Notes: generated by a model from the sequence alone, not told the origin. Numbered from the stretch's first letter, positions 8,062-19,879 are shown. The stretch: DNA of 64,000 nt from Gammaproteobacteria bacterium (GCA_965277715.1 OZ255836.1:2208001-2272000); one strand, 5' to 3'. A program made the numbers and translations.

Positions 8062-10791
8062 ATGAATAAGGATAAGGTATTTATTCTGGTCGACGGTTCC
8101 TCGTATTTATACCGCGCTTTCCACGCACTGCCCGAGCTAAGCACCTCAGATGGCTTGCAAACCGGCGCGATAAAAGGCGTGTGTAATATGTTGCGCAAGC
8201 TGATCAGCGAGTACTCCCCGGAGCTGATGGCGGTGGTGTTTGACGCCAAGGGCAAAACCTTTCGCGATGATCTCTACTCACAGTACAAGGCCAATCGCCC
8301 TCCCATGCCTGAGGGGATGCGTGAACAAATCGAGCCGTTGCACGATCTGGTGCGGGCAATGGGCCTGCCCCTGCTGAGCGTAACGGGCGTCGAGGCCGAT
8401 GATGTTATCGGCACGCTGGCGGTGCAGGCCGCCAAAGCCGGGCAAAAAGTGTTGATCTCGACAGGTGACAAAGACATGGCGCAACTGGTGGATGACAACA
8501 CCACGCTGATCAATACCATGAGCGGCACGCTGATGAACCCACAAGGGGTAATCGACAAATTCGGTGTGCGTGCCGGGCAGATCATCGACTACCTGGCGCT
8601 GGTGGGGGATACCGCAGACAATATCCCCGGCGTGCCCAAATGCGGGCCAAAAACGGCGGCCAAATGGCTGGCCGAATACCCCACGATGCAGGACGTCATC
8701 GACAATGTCGGGTCGATAAAAGGCAAGATCGGTGAAAACCTGCGTGCCAGCATCCCGCACTTGCCGTTGTCCTATCAGCTCGCCACCATCAAGCTGGATG
8801 TTGTGCTGGAACAAACCTACGACCAGCTCGCGATTACCGAACCGGCGCATGATGAGATGGTCGCGCTACTCACCCGCCTCGAATTCAAGACCTGGCTGCG
8901 CGAGGTAAACGGCGATGAAGCCGATGACAACACCGCGCAGGATACCCCGGCAGCTCCTGTAGCCATTGCAGATAGTAATACCACACACCACTACCACACC
9001 GTGCTCAACGGCACTGCACTCCAGGCGTGGATCGAAAAGCTCACCGCAGCGGGCGAGTTTGCCTTCGATACCGAGACCACCAGCTTAGACTATATGCAGG
9101 CGCAGATTGTCGGGGTGTCGTTTGCCTGTGCCCCAGGTGAAGCCGCCTATGTACCGGTCGCCCATCACTACGAAGGCGCCCCTGCACAACTGGGTCGTGA
9201 CTTTGTGCTGCAAAGGCTCCAACCCCTGTTGGAAAACCCGTCGATTAAGAAAATCGGCCAGAATTTAAAATACGACCGCAGTGTGTTGTGTAACCACGGC
9301 ATTCAGCTCAATGGCATCGCGCACGACACCATGCTCGAATCCTTTGTGCTCGACTCCACCGCCGGTCGGCACGATATGGACTCCCTCGCCGAACGCCACC
9401 TCGGGGTGAAAACCGTGCATTTCGAGGACATCGCGGGCAAGGGTAAAAACCAACTGACCTTCGACCAGATCGACCTCGAAACAGCCGCCCATTACGCCGC
9501 TGAAGATGCCGACATCACTCTGCGCCTGCACCAGGCCATCTGGCCCAGGTTATCCGCCATGGAAACGCTTAAAACCCTGTATCAGGATATTGAACTGCCG
9601 TTGGTGGGCATACTCTCAGAGGTTGAACGCAACGGGGTAAAAATCGACCCAGATAAACTGTTTGCACAAAGCCACGAAATTGCCGAGCGGCTCAATGAGC
9701 TGGAGCGTGCCGCCCACGAAGAGGCTGGTGAGGTGTTTAACCTGGGTTCACCAAAGCAAATCCAGGCGATATTTTTTGAGAAAAAGAAACTGCCGGTTAT
9801 CCGCAAAACCCCCAAAGGGCAGCCCTCTACCGCAGAAGACGTGCTGGAAATACTGGCCGTTGATCACCGACTGCCAAAGTTGATCCTGGAACACCGTGGC
9901 CTGAGTAAACTGAAAAGTACCTATACCGATAAACTGCCACTGCAAATCGACCCCGGCACCGGGCGTGTACACACGTCTTATCATCAGGCGGGAGCGGCCA
10001 CCGGGCGTTTCTCATCAAGCGACCCTAACTTGCAGAATATCCCCGTTCGCAGTGGCGAGGGGCGGCGTATTCGCCAGGCTTTTATCGCCGAAAAAGGTTA
10101 TCAACTACTGGCCGCCGACTACTCGCAAATCGAGCTGCGGATTATGGCCCACCTCTCCGCAGACCAGGGCCTGCTAAGCGCTTTTGCGCAAGGCATCGAC
10201 ATCCACAGCGCCACCGCCGCCGAGGTCTTTGGCCTGCCCACCACCGCCGTCGAACCCGACCAGCGCCGGGCGGCAAAAGCCATCAACTTCGGATTGATTT
10301 ACGGCATGTCGGCATTTGGCCTGGCCAAGCAACTCGAAGTCAGCCGAGGTGAAGCCCAGGACTATATCGACCTATACTTTTCGCGCTACCCTGGTGTTAA
10401 GCGCTATATGGAGCAAACCCGCGAGAGCGCACGCGAACAAGGCTACGTGGAGACCGTTTTTGGTCGGCGGCTCTACCTGCCAGACATCAACGCCCGCAAC
10501 GCCCAACACCGCCAATACGCCGAGCGCACCGCCATCAACGCACCGATGCAGGGCACAGCGGCGGATATCATCAAACGCGCCATGCGGATAGTGAGCGAGT
10601 GGTTGCAGTCGAGTAATACTGACGCAAAAATCATCATGCAAGTACACGATGAGCTGGTGCTGGAAGTGGCAGAAACAGCGGTAGATACCGTGCGCAACGA
10701 AGTAACCCACTTAATGGAAAACACCGCAACACTGGCCGTGCCGTTAGTCGTTGATATCGGCGTAGGAGACAACTGGGAAGAGGCGCACTAG
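8062..10791 (+). CDS. polA: DNA polymerase I
   Basis: 5'-3' exonuclease LVDGSSYLYRAFHA, 3'-5' exonuclease FDTETT, polymerase motifs DYSQIELR and QVHDEL. Confidence 0.99.
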   Translation: MNKDKVFILVDGSSYLYRAFHALPELSTSDGLQTGAIKGVCNMLRKLISEYSPELMAVVFDAKGKTFRDDLYSQYKANRPPMPEGMREQIEPLHDLVRAMGLPLLSVTGVEADDVIGTLAVQAAKAGQKVLISTGDKDMAQLVDDNTTLINTMSGTLMNPQGVIDKFGVRAGQIIDYLALVGDTADNIPGVPKCGPKTAAKWLAEYPTMQDVIDNVGSIKGKIGENLRASIPHLPLSYQLATIKLDVVLEQTYDQLAITEPAHDEMVALLTRLEFKTWLREVNGDEADDNTAQDTPAAPVAIADSNTTHHYHTVLNGTALQAWIEKLTAAGEFAFDTETTSLDYMQAQIVGVSFACAPGEAAYVPVAHHYEGAPAQLGRDFVLQRLQPLLENPSIKKIGQNLKYDRSVLCNHGIQLNGIAHDTMLESFVLDSTAGRHDMDSLAERHLGVKTVHFEDIAGKGKNQLTFDQIDLETAAHYAAEDADITLRLHQAIWPRLSAMETLKTLYQDIELPLVGILSEVERNGVKIDPDKLFAQSHEIAERLNELERAAHEEAGEVFNLGSPKQIQAIFFEKKKLPVIRKTPKGQPSTAEDVLEILAVDHRLPKLILEHRGLSKLKSTYTDKLPLQIDPGTGRVHTSYHQAGAATGRFSSSDPNLQNIPVRSGEGRRIRQAFIAEKGYQLLAADYSQIELRIMAHLSADQGLLSAFAQGIDIHSATAAEVFGLPTTAVEPDQRRAAKAINFGLIYGMSAFGLAKQLEVSRGEAQDYIDLYFSRYPGVKRYMEQTRESAREQGYVETVFGRRLYLPDINARNAQHRQYAERTAINAPMQGTAADIIKRAMRIVSEWLQSSNTDAKIIMQVHDELVLEVAETAVDTVRNEVTHLMENTATLAVPLVVDIGVGDNWEEAH

Positions 10792-10817
10792 CGCTTCTTC
10801 CCTTCACCCTCCACCAC

Positions 10818-12164
10818 TCAAACCATCGTCACCAACTCTTCACTGCTACTGGGGTGAATCGCAACCGTATCATCAAAATCACGCTTACACGCCCCCATGC
10901 GAATCGCCACGGCAAACCCCTGCAACATTTCATCGGCACCGGGGCCAATGATGTGGCAGCCGATAACCTTTTCATCCTCACCGATCACCACCAGTTTCAT
11001 CGCCGTTTTAGGCGCGTGTTCGGTAAAGGCGTTGTACATGGCCGTGAACTCACTGGTGTATACCTTGACGGCATCACCGTGCTGTTCTCGCGCCTGGGCT
11101 TCGGTGAGGCCCACTGTGCCAATTGGTGGGTGGCTAAACACCACGGTCGGGATGTTTTCATAGTCGAGTCGGCGTTCCTTCTGCCCACCGTAGAGCCGAT
11201 CAGCCAGGCGCCGCCCCGCCGCTATCGCCACCGGGGTGAGTTGTGCGCGGCCAGTGACATCACCCAGCGCGAAAACACCTTCTACGTTTGTCGCCTGCCA
11301 CGGATCCGTGGGGATGTAGCCACGCGCATCCACATTAACGCCCGCACCCGCCAGGTTTAAACCCGCGCTTAGCGGTGTGCGGCCAATCGCCCAGATAACC
11401 TGGTCAAAACCACTGAGGGATTCACCGCCTTCGGTGTGGATGGTGATGCTGTCACCGGTTTTTTCCAGCGAGGCAATCTGTGTGTTATTGACGATGTTTA
11501 CGCCACTGTCACGCATGGCGCTATCGAGTGCCTGGTGGACGATTGGGTCAAATTCACGCAGAAAGTGTTGCTTGCGAATAATCTGCGAAACATCGCTGCC
11601 CAATGCATTCAACATACCCGCCAATTCGACCGCAATATAACCGGCGCCTACCACTGCGACTTTTTTTGGCTGTGCTTGCAGGGCAAAAAAACCGTCTGAG
11701 CTGATCCCCAGATCGGCACCTGGCAACGTCGGCACCACCGGCTGCCCACCCGGCGCAATGACGATGCGATCGGCGCTGTAGTGCACACCACCGACATCGA
11801 GCGTGTGGGCATCGACAAATTTAGCCCGGCCAGTCAGCAGGTCGATATTGTCATCACCGAGGTAGCTGATATACCACTCATTGATATTACGAATGTATTG
11901 CTCGCGTTTTTCAACCAGGGTTGCCCAGCTAAAGCCATTGACCGACACATCGAAACCGTAGCCTTTAGCGTCATCCAACATATGCGCGATGCTGGCGCCA
12001 TACCACATGATTTTCTTTGGAACACACCCCCGGTTAACACAAGTGCCGCCGAGCTTGTCAAACTCGACCACCGCGCAGCGCGCCCCGTAACGCGCCGCCT
12101 TGTTGGCGACCGAGAGGCCACCGCTGCCGGCGCCAATAGCGATCAAGTCATAGTGTTTGTTCAT
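10818..12164 (-). CDS. gorA: Glutathione-disulfide reductase
   Basis: [42 protein letters not shown]. Confidence 0.97.
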   Translation of the reverse strand: MNKHYDLIAIGAGSGGLSVANKAARYGARCAVVEFDKLGGTCVNRGCVPKKIMWYGASIAHMLDDAKGYGFDVSVNGFSWATLVEKREQYIRNINEWYISYLGDDNIDLLTGRAKFVDAHTLDVGGVHYSADRIVIAPGGQPVVPTLPGADLGISSDGFFALQAQPKKVAVVGAGYIAVELAGMLNALGSDVSQIIRKQHFLREFDPIVHQALDSAMRDSGVNIVNNTQIASLEKTGDSITIHTEGGESLSGFDQVIWAIGRTPLSAGLNLAGAGVNVDARGYIPTDPWQATNVEGVFALGDVTGRAQLTPVAIAAGRRLADRLYGGQKERRLDYENIPTVVFSHPPIGTVGLTEAQAREQHGDAVKVYTSEFTAMYNAFTEHAPKTAMKLVVIGEDEKVIGCHIIGPGADEMLQGFAVAIRMGACKRDFDDTVAIHPSSSEELVTMV

Positions 12165-12207
12165 ACGGGTATCCCCTCAAATAAACGCTTAATGTATAGT
12201 TCCGCGC

Positions 12208-13131
12208 ATGAGAAGAAAAGACCAAATCCACGCAGTGCGCAAAAAAAAACAACGGCATTTTATCCATGAACGCCTACACCAATACGGAATACTCACCCGG
12301 ATCAATCGGCCTATTGGGATTTATCTGTTGCTGTGGCCGTGCCTATGGGCGCTGTGGATTGCCGCCGAAGGGGTGCCACATTTAGGCGTGCTGTGTGTGT
12401 TTGTCACCGGCACTATTCTGATGCGCTCTGCCGGTTGTGTTATCAATGACTACGCAGACCGCCATATCGATGGCCAGGTAACACGCACGCAAAACCGCCC
12501 ATTGAGCACGGGCGCTATCAGCCCACGTGAAGCACTGGGGTTGTTTGCCGTCTTGTCGTTGTTGGCGTTTTTACTGGTGTTGACGATGAATAAACAAACC
12601 ATTTATATGTCGTTTGTGGGCCTGGTGCTGGCGATTATTTACCCGTTTTCAAAACGCTTCACCTATTTGCCACAGGTGTTTTTAGGGGCGGCCTTTGCCT
12701 GGGCGATTCCTATGGCGTTCACGGCACAAACCGGGGGCACCAGTAAAATCACCTGGCTGTTGTATATCACGACGGTTTTATGGGCATTGGCCTACGACAC
12801 TGTATACGCAATGGCGGACCGCGATGACGATATTAAAATCGGGGTAAAATCGACAGCGATTTTATTTGGTGAACTGGATATAACCCTAGTCGCCATTATT
12901 CAGGTAATTGTATTGTCGAGCTTGCTACTGGTAGCGAACCAAGCCGATTTTAGTCTTTGGTTTTATGCCGCGTGGCTGCTCGCTTGCGGGTTGGTCGGGT
13001 TTCAGCTGTTTATGCTCGCCGATCGTCGACCGGCACACTGCATTATGGCGTTCCTGAATAATCACTACGTGGGCCTGGTTATTTTTATCGGGATCGCCCT
13101 GCACTACTGGTTAGCACCTGCAACAAAATAA
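12208..13131 (+). CDS. ubiA: 4-hydroxybenzoate polyprenyltransferase
   Basis: RINRPIG..LLLWP, NDYADRHID, YDTVYAMADRDDD. Confidence 0.96.
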   Translation: MRRKDQIHAVRKKKQRHFIHERLHQYGILTRINRPIGIYLLLWPCLWALWIAAEGVPHLGVLCVFVTGTILMRSAGCVINDYADRHIDGQVTRTQNRPLSTGAISPREALGLFAVLSLLAFLLVLTMNKQTIYMSFVGLVLAIIYPFSKRFTYLPQVFLGAAFAWAIPMAFTAQTGGTSKITWLLYITTVLWALAYDTVYAMADRDDDIKIGVKSTAILFGELDITLVAIIQVIVLSSLLLVANQADFSLWFYAAWLLACGLVGFQLFMLADRRPAHCIMAFLNNHYVGLVIFIGIALHYWLAPATK

Positions 13132-13143
13132 TGCCTCTGCCTC

Positions 13144-13872
13144 TCAACCACTAACCGCAACACCCTGCGACGCCGCACGCGCAAACGACCACACCTGCAC
13201 CTCGGCGGCACCCGCCTGTTTTAGTACACGGGCTATTTCGTTTGCTGTTGAGGTGGTGGTGACCACATCATCGACCAGTGCGATGCAGGCGGCATCAACG
13301 GATTTGCACACGCGAAAGGCAGCGCGTACATTTTGCCTGCGCTTGCGGGCGGGCAGTTCCATTTGTGCGGCTGTATTGCGCGTTCGCTCCAACAGCGCAC
13401 TATCCTGCCTGCACGCCAGTTGTCTGGCGATATGGGTGGCTATTTGCCCGGATTGATTAAAGCCGCGCTGGCGCAAACGGTCAGTGTGTAATGGCACGGG
13501 GACAATGACATCGGGCATACGTTCAAGCACGCGTGATAAATGGGTCGCCAATAGCGCACCCATCACCCGTGCAAAATAGCGTTTCCCCGCAAATTTGAGC
13601 TGTGCCACCATAAAATCACACGGCACTTCGTAGCGATAGGGCGAGATAACCCGATCAAACGCCGGGCGGGTTAGCAGGCAACGACCACATAAACCAACTA
13701 ACAAGGGGTTTGCCGGAAGTGGCAAGGGTAGGGCGCAGCGGCGACAGGCAAAGCCGTTGAGCGGTAAATCACCCAGGCAGGGTCTGCATAGATCAAGGCC
13801 ATTATCCCCTGGATCACTGCACAGCGCGCAGCTACCAAGGTAGTTGAGCGGATTGAGGTGTGAACGAAACAC
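13144..13872 (-). CDS. comF: ComF-family phosphoribosyltransferase-like protein
   Basis: N-terminal CxxC zinc ribbons, PVPLH..RLRQRGFNQ, LVDDVVTT. Confidence 0.92.
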   Translation of the reverse strand: MFRSHLNPLNYLGSCALCSDPGDNGLDLCRPCLGDLPLNGFACRRCALPLPLPANPLLVGLCGRCLLTRPAFDRVISPYRYEVPCDFMVAQLKFAGKRYFARVMGALLATHLSRVLERMPDVIVPVPLHTDRLRQRGFNQSGQIATHIARQLACRQDSALLERTRNTAAQMELPARKRRQNVRAAFRVCKSVDAACIALVDDVVTTTSTANEIARVLKQAGAAEVQVWSFARAASQGVAVSG

Positions 13873-14212
13873 GGATTAACTGACTGTGAAGCTTTTTTTC
13901 ATTTTTCCAGGAGCCTCCAGGCTTCAATACTCTCTCTTCAACCAATTGATTTATAAGTACATTCATGCTTAACACCTAAATAGCCCCTGTTTTAATGTAA
14001 TTTAAAATCAACCGGTTACAGAGGTGAGACCTTTAAATCTGCCCTCCCGGTTACTGCGATTTAAATGTCAATCTATTTAAAATATCACACATCAAGACGT
14101 AAACCTGCACTATCATTAGGTCACGCAGTTTTCACGCTCTCAAGATTGAAAACACTTAGGATCAAATCCATAACTGCGAAACCACCACTTTACACTTTTA
14201 GAGGAATAAACA

Positions 14213-14860
14213 ATGCAATTAAAACTCGTCTCTGCGACCATTATTGCCGTATTGGCCGTGGGCACTGCCGCCGCTCACAATATCAGTGTCGATGGGCACG
14301 TTGACGCACACGATGGTTACGCCGGATCACACGGTACTATATTGAAATCCAGCTTTGGCGATTGCGTTCGCTCATCAAGGTGGTCGGCAGATAACGCCGT
14401 CGATGTCTGTGAAGGCATCGAACCGAAAGTTGAAGCCCCCGCGCCAGAACCTGTCGCAGTCCCTGAACCAGCACCGGAACCCGAGCCAGCACCACTGTAT
14501 GAAAAAGTCGTACTGAAAGGCCATACATTGTTTGACACCAATAAGTCAATGCTAACCGACGGTGGTAAAGCAATTCTCGATGAGTTAGTGCACAAAGTGA
14601 AAAAAGTCGTTGATATCGAGCACTTCAAGATTGTTGGTCACACCGACAGCCGGGGTAGTCATGACTATAACCAGGGCTTGTCTGAGCGACGCGCCACCTC
14701 AGTTAAAGATTACTTTGTCACCTCTGGGTTGGGTTATATCAAAATGAACACGAGCGGTGTGGGTGAAACGTCACCGATTGCAAGCAATAGTACCCGTGAA
14801 GGCCGCCAGCAAAACCGCCGTGTTGAAATTTTTATCCCTGCGCGCAAGCTTGTTCACTAA
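14213..14860 (+). CDS. OmpA-family protein
   Basis: Signal peptide, PEP-rich linker, GHTDSRGS..YN..LSERRA, NRRVEI. Confidence 0.92.
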   Translation: MQLKLVSATIIAVLAVGTAAAHNISVDGHVDAHDGYAGSHGTILKSSFGDCVRSSRWSADNAVDVCEGIEPKVEAPAPEPVAVPEPAPEPEPAPLYEKVVLKGHTLFDTNKSMLTDGGKAILDELVHKVKKVVDIEHFKIVGHTDSRGSHDYNQGLSERRATSVKDYFVTSGLGYIKMNTSGVGETSPIASNSTREGRQQNRRVEIFIPARKLVH

Positions 14861-14887
14861 GGCTTTATTACTATAAGGATGCCACTG

Positions 14888-14915
14888 GATAAGGGCGAAA
14901 TACTTCGCCCTTATC
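14888..14915. terminator. Hairpin between convergent ompA-like gene and pepN
   Basis: GATAAGGGCGAA-atac-TTCGCCCTTATC, 12-bp perfect stem. Confidence 0.6.
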
Positions 14916-14998
14916 GCGTACACAAAAAATGGCTCAAGCCGGTCTTTCCCGCGCTACGAGCGTCTAAACCCGTCAATATAAGGCAGGCGGTGTACTGG

Positions 14999-17659
14999 TT
15001 ATTGCAAGATTTTTTCCACCAGTTCATACACATCATTGGATAAATTGTCAGTCGATAATATGCGCTGCAGTTGCTGTTGCATAATGACCTGATTGGCCTG
15101 TGTATAGCGCCGCCACCGACTCATTGCCCCCACCATGCGTGCGGCAACCTGTGGGTTAATACGGTCCAACTCAATAATGTAGTCACTGAGAAACACATAC
15201 CCGGCACCCTCTGCCGCGTGAAACCGTACCGGGTTACCGGTTGAGAACGCCCCCAGTAATGAGCGCGCCCGATTGGGGTTTTTCAGGTCAAAATCGGCAT
15301 GTTCCACCAGCGCTTTCACCCGCTGCAATGTATCCTGGCGGGTCGACATTGCCTGGAGTGAAAACCACTTATCGATCACCAGGCGCTGATCGCGCCACCG
15401 ATCATAAAAACGTGCCAAATAGGTTTGTGGATCGGTCGCATCATCATTGCACAATACCCGCAGTGCAGCCTGCTCGTCGCTCATATTCGTGGCATTGTCA
15501 AATTGGGTTTTGGCTAACGACAGGCCAATGCGGTCATCGCAGTGTGCCAGTAGGTTGAGGCAGGTATTTTTTAAATCACGCTGACCGATTGCCTCTGCAT
15601 CCAGGCTGAATTCACCCTCATCGCTGCACCGATGGTAGTGTAAGAGGAGTGTCGGCTGGAGAAAATTGGCCAGTGCAGTCACCATAAACACACGCACGGT
15701 AAACAATACCCGCATATCCATTTGTGGGAAAAACTCACCGATTGCCTCTTCGTCCGGTAGTTGTAGTGCCTGTGCCAGCAAAGCGTCATCGACACCACTT
15801 TCCAACAGTGACTTGTAGGCGTCGAGAAAGTGTTCTGGCATGTGCAAAACTTCGCCTTTGCCGTGCACCTCAACCAGTTGCACCGCTACCCGCAGCGCCA
15901 ATTGCTGACCCGCATCCCAGCGGTTAAACGAATCACTGTCATTGGCGATTAAAAAGGCCAGTTGTTGGTCGCTGTAGTCAAACGATAACTTCACAGGCGC
16001 CGAGTAACCGCGCAGCAGCGAGGGCACTGGCACGGTATCCACTTGGGTAAAAATCACACGTTGCTCACTTTCAAGCACATCGACAATGCACTCGATTGCG
16101 CCGTTTTCGGTATCACTATACAGCGGCATTGCCGTACCCGTAGCGCCCAGCAGGCTCATTTTCACCGGAATATGGGTAGGTTGTTTGTGCGTCTGTCCCG
16201 GCGTTGCCGGGGTCGACTGTGCAAAGGTCAATGTGCAGGTTTTCGCTGTTGTGTCGTAGTGCATGCGCACCGTGAGCACAGGCGTCCCCGCCTGGGAGTA
16301 CCAACGCCTGAAGGTATCCAGGTTGACCCCGCTGGCATCCGTCATGGCACTGGCAAAATCATCGCAGGTCACCGCCTGGCCATCGTGGCGATGAAAGTAC
16401 AGGTCCATGCCCTTGCGAAAACCATCGGCACCCAACAACGTGTGCATCATACGAATGACTTCGGCGCCTTTTTCATACACGGTGAGGGTGTAGAAATTAT
16501 TGATCTCGATATAGGCACTGGGGCGTACCGGGTGTGCCGTTGGCCCGGCATCTTCGGCAAATTGCCGGGCGCGCAACATGCGTACATCCTCGATGCGCTT
16601 GACTGCAGGTGAATTCATATCTGCGCTGAATTGTTGGTCGCGAAATACTGTCAAACCCTCCTTGAGGCTGAGTTGAAACCAATCGCGGCAGGTGACGCGG
16701 TTACCCGTCCAGTTATGAAAATATTCGTGCGCGATCACCCCTTCGATATTTTGAAAATCCCGGTCGGTCGCCGTTTTTTGATCGGCGAGTACATACTTTG
16801 AATTAAACACATTCAGGCCTTTGTTTTCCATCGCGCCCATATTGAAATCGTCGACGGCGACGATCATATAAATATCCAAATCGTACTCCAGGCCAAACAC
16901 CGTCTCATCCCAACGCATAGCCTTCTTTAACGAGCGCATGGCGTGCGCACACTTATCGGCGTTGTGTGCCTCGACGTAGATTTGCAGCGATACTTCACGC
17001 CCTGATGCGGTGACAAAGGGTTCGCTGATACAGGCCAGGTCACCCGCGACCAGGGCAAACAGGTAACTGGGTTTTGGGTGTGGGTCTTCCCAGGTGACAA
17101 AGTGGCGTGTGCCGTCTCCGGCGTTTTCCGCCCCCGCTTCAATATCACCACGCGCAATGGGGTTGCCATTGGATAACAGTACCGGGTAGCGGGACTTTTC
17201 CGCTTCAATGCGCACGCGAAACCTCGCCATCACATCGGGGCGATCGGGGTAGTAGGTAATACGGCGAAACCCCTGGGCTTCGCATTGCGTGCAATAGTTA
17301 CCACTGGACTTGTAAAGCCCTTCAAGTGCGGTGTTATTTTGTGGCTCTATCTCGGTGACGACACACAGTTCAAAGGCATCGGGCAGGTCGGGTATCTGTA
17401 AGCCCTGCTCGTCTATCTGGTATTTTTCTGCGGTGAGTAGATTGCCATCCACCGCGATAGAAATTAACGTGACGTGGCTGCCATCGAGTTGCAGACAGCG
17501 GTTATCGCCGAGATCGCTGTTGCGGCGCACCGTCAGGGTGCTTTCTACGCGGGTGATGTTTTCATTCAGTATAAAATTCAATACAACTGTATCGACCCAA
17601 AATGCCGGAGCCTGGTAATCGCTGAGTAAAATAGGTTTGGGGGCGTTGTTTTCTTTCAT
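14999..17659 (-). CDS. pepN: Aminopeptidase N
   Basis: GAMENKG, HEYFHNWTGNRVT...LKEG, YTLTVYEKGAE. Confidence 0.98.
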   Translation of the reverse strand: MKENNAPKPILLSDYQAPAFWVDTVVLNFILNENITRVESTLTVRRNSDLGDNRCLQLDGSHVTLISIAVDGNLLTAEKYQIDEQGLQIPDLPDAFELCVVTEIEPQNNTALEGLYKSSGNYCTQCEAQGFRRITYYPDRPDVMARFRVRIEAEKSRYPVLLSNGNPIARGDIEAGAENAGDGTRHFVTWEDPHPKPSYLFALVAGDLACISEPFVTASGREVSLQIYVEAHNADKCAHAMRSLKKAMRWDETVFGLEYDLDIYMIVAVDDFNMGAMENKGLNVFNSKYVLADQKTATDRDFQNIEGVIAHEYFHNWTGNRVTCRDWFQLSLKEGLTVFRDQQFSADMNSPAVKRIEDVRMLRARQFAEDAGPTAHPVRPSAYIEINNFYTLTVYEKGAEVIRMMHTLLGADGFRKGMDLYFHRHDGQAVTCDDFASAMTDASGVNLDTFRRWYSQAGTPVLTVRMHYDTTAKTCTLTFAQSTPATPGQTHKQPTHIPVKMSLLGATGTAMPLYSDTENGAIECIVDVLESEQRVIFTQVDTVPVPSLLRGYSAPVKLSFDYSDQQLAFLIANDSDSFNRWDAGQQLALRVAVQLVEVHGKGEVLHMPEHFLDAYKSLLESGVDDALLAQALQLPDEEAIGEFFPQMDMRVLFTVRVFMVTALANFLQPTLLLHYHRCSDEGEFSLDAEAIGQRDLKNTCLNLLAHCDDRIGLSLAKTQFDNATNMSDEQAALRVLCNDDATDPQTYLARFYDRWRDQRLVIDKWFSLQAMSTRQDTLQRVKALVEHADFDLKNPNRARSLLGAFSTGNPVRFHAAEGAGYVFLSDYIIELDRINPQVAARMVGAMSRWRRYTQANQVIMQQQLQRILSTDNLSNDVYELVEKILQ

Positions 17660-17701
17660 TAAAAAGTACTCTGGTAGTTTCGTTAGTTAGGCGTGCAAAC
17701 G

Positions 17702-19042
17702 TTAGGAAAACACACGCACTGCCAAGCCAGGATCGGAGGGGAAATAAGCGTGAATGTAACTGGCAATAATCGATTGATGTCGATAGACCGCCTCCCCCTG
17801 ATAACCCGCTTTATTTTTTCGCTGCCGCCTACCTCGCGAGTAAACCGGCAGCTGCATCTGTAGCGATGAGTGGTGGAATGTGTGGCCGCGCCACTCACCG
17901 CCGGGCAAAGCGGCACTTTGCATCCCCAGTGAGACCAGTTTATTTTGCATCATCGCACGCCCCGGTAGCAAACCCAGCATTGCGGCGGTATGCCCGGCCT
18001 TATCCTGTAGCGATTCAAGCAGGTATAACATACCACCACACTCAGCGTAAATTCTGCCGCCATCGGTAGCAAAGTTCTCAATACTGGCGCGCATACTGTG
18101 ATTGGCTGACAATGCCTCTAAGTGCAACTCCGGGTAGCCGCCGGGCAGGAATACGCTATCGACACGCGGCAGTGTGTTATCTGTCAACGGTGAAAAGTAC
18201 ACCAGCCTGGCACCGAGCGATTCTAACAGGCGGATATTGGCCGGGTAGATAAAGGCAAACGCTTGATCCCGCGCAACCGCAATGCGCGTACCGGCAAGCG
18301 GTTTTTCGTCGTGCCTGTGCGTCAGGATCGATGCAGAAAAATCAAACGCCACAGCGGGTGGCAGCGCTGCCAGTGGTGTCCCTTTAAAGTGATTGGCCAG
18401 CGCGTCCAGCCGGGCATCCAGATCGTGCACTTCCTCCGCCTGCACTAATCCCAGATGGCGGCTTGGCAGGCCCGTTTTATCATCGCGCACTATCGCCCCC
18501 AACCACTGGCAGTCGGTTTGCAAGGATTCGCGTAACAGCGCGGCGTGGTAATCACCCGCCACCCGGTTAGCCAATACACCCGCCCACGGCAACCCTGGCC
18601 GATAGTGGCTCAGACCATGCGCTAAAGCGCCAAAAGTCCCCGCCATCGCGCTGGCATCGATCACCGCTACCAGGGGGATACCAAAGGTTTTTGCGAGGTC
18701 GGCGCTACTGGGGTCGCCATCGAATAAACCCATCACCCCTTCCACCAGTATCAAATCGGCGGATTGCGCCGCCTCGTGCAGGAGTGCACAGCACTCTTGC
18801 TCGCCCGTCATCCATAAATCGAGCTGATAGACCGGGTTGCCACTGGCGCGCTGCAATACCATCGGATCGAGAAAATCCGGGCCGGTTTTGAATACCCGCA
18901 CATCACAGCCCGCATTGGCGTAGTAGCGTGCCAGGCCTGCGGTCAACGCAGTTTTGCCATGCCCGGAGGCAGGGGCCGTTATCATCAATGCGGGACAATA
19001 AGCGGTTGAGTGTGTTATCTGATTAGTCATATGTTCACGCAC
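17702..19042 (-). CDS. cobB: Cobyrinate/hydrogenobyrinate a,c-diamide synthase
   Basis: SGHGKT, FKTGPDFLDP, EGVMGLFDG, SRHLGL, AECGGMLYL. Confidence 0.95.
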   Translation of the reverse strand: MREHMTNQITHSTAYCPALMITAPASGHGKTALTAGLARYYANAGCDVRVFKTGPDFLDPMVLQRASGNPVYQLDLWMTGEQECCALLHEAAQSADLILVEGVMGLFDGDPSSADLAKTFGIPLVAVIDASAMAGTFGALAHGLSHYRPGLPWAGVLANRVAGDYHAALLRESLQTDCQWLGAIVRDDKTGLPSRHLGLVQAEEVHDLDARLDALANHFKGTPLAALPPAVAFDFSASILTHRHDEKPLAGTRIAVARDQAFAFIYPANIRLLESLGARLVYFSPLTDNTLPRVDSVFLPGGYPELHLEALSANHSMRASIENFATDGGRIYAECGGMLYLLESLQDKAGHTAAMLGLLPGRAMMQNKLVSLGMQSAALPGGEWRGHTFHHSSLQMQLPVYSRGRRQRKNKAGYQGEAVYRHQSIIASYIHAYFPSDPGLAVRVFS

Positions 19043-19111
19043 TTACAGGGTAATTTTCCGTTAGAATGCGGCCCCTAAAAACCACCACCCGGTGCTCAAC
19101 CTGGAATCTAT

Positions 19112-19879
19112 ATGAAAGTCTATTTTATCGGTGCTGGCCCCGGCGACCCGGAACTTATCACCCTGAAAGGCCAACGACTGATAAGCCAGTGCCCGCTGGT
19201 ATTGTACGCTGGTTCACTGGTGCCGGGTGAACTGCTCAAGGATCTACACCCGCAGGCAGAAGTGATTAATACGGCAGAGCTACACCTCGAACAAATTGTT
19301 GAATTGATGCAACGCGCCCATCGGGACAACCGCGATGTCGCCCGTGTCCACTCCGGTGACCCGAGTATCTACGGTGCTATCGCTGAACAGATCAGGGAAT
19401 TGCGCACACTCGGCATCGGGTTTGAGATTATTCCCGGCGTCACCGCGACCTCTGCATCGGCCGCCTGGCTCGGTGCTGAACTCACTGTGCCGAATATCTC
19501 ACAAACGGTTATTTACACCCGTTACGCGGGTAAAACCACCCTGCCAGAGGGTGAAAGCCTGGCCGAGCTCGCCGTGCACCGCGCCACCCTGGCGATCCAT
19601 CTCGGTGTGCCGCGCATCCACAAAATAGTGGCCGAGCTGCTGCCATTTTACGGTGAGAACTGTCCCGTGGCGGTCTGCTATCGCACCTCCTGGACAGACG
19701 CCGACAAGGTAATAGGCACACTGGGCGATATTGTGGGCAAAGTGCGCGAGAAAGGTTTTACCCGCACAGCGCTGATTATCGTCGGTGAAGTGTTAAACCC
19801 TGAAACCGTCGAGCGCTCGTTTCTATACCGCGAAGACAAAGCGCATATTTTTCGCCCGAAGGTGCGTAAGCAGGCCTAA
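19112..19879 (+). CDS. cobM: Precorrin-4 C11-methyltransferase
   Basis: VYFIGAGPGDPELIT, YAGSLV, RVHSGDPSIYGAIAEQ. Confidence 0.95.
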   Translation: MKVYFIGAGPGDPELITLKGQRLISQCPLVLYAGSLVPGELLKDLHPQAEVINTAELHLEQIVELMQRAHRDNRDVARVHSGDPSIYGAIAEQIRELRTLGIGFEIIPGVTATSASAAWLGAELTVPNISQTVIYTRYAGKTTLPEGESLAELAVHRATLAIHLGVPRIHKIVAELLPFYGENCPVAVCYRTSWTDADKVIGTLGDIVGKVREKGFTRTALIIVGEVLNPETVERSFLYREDKAHIFRPKVRKQA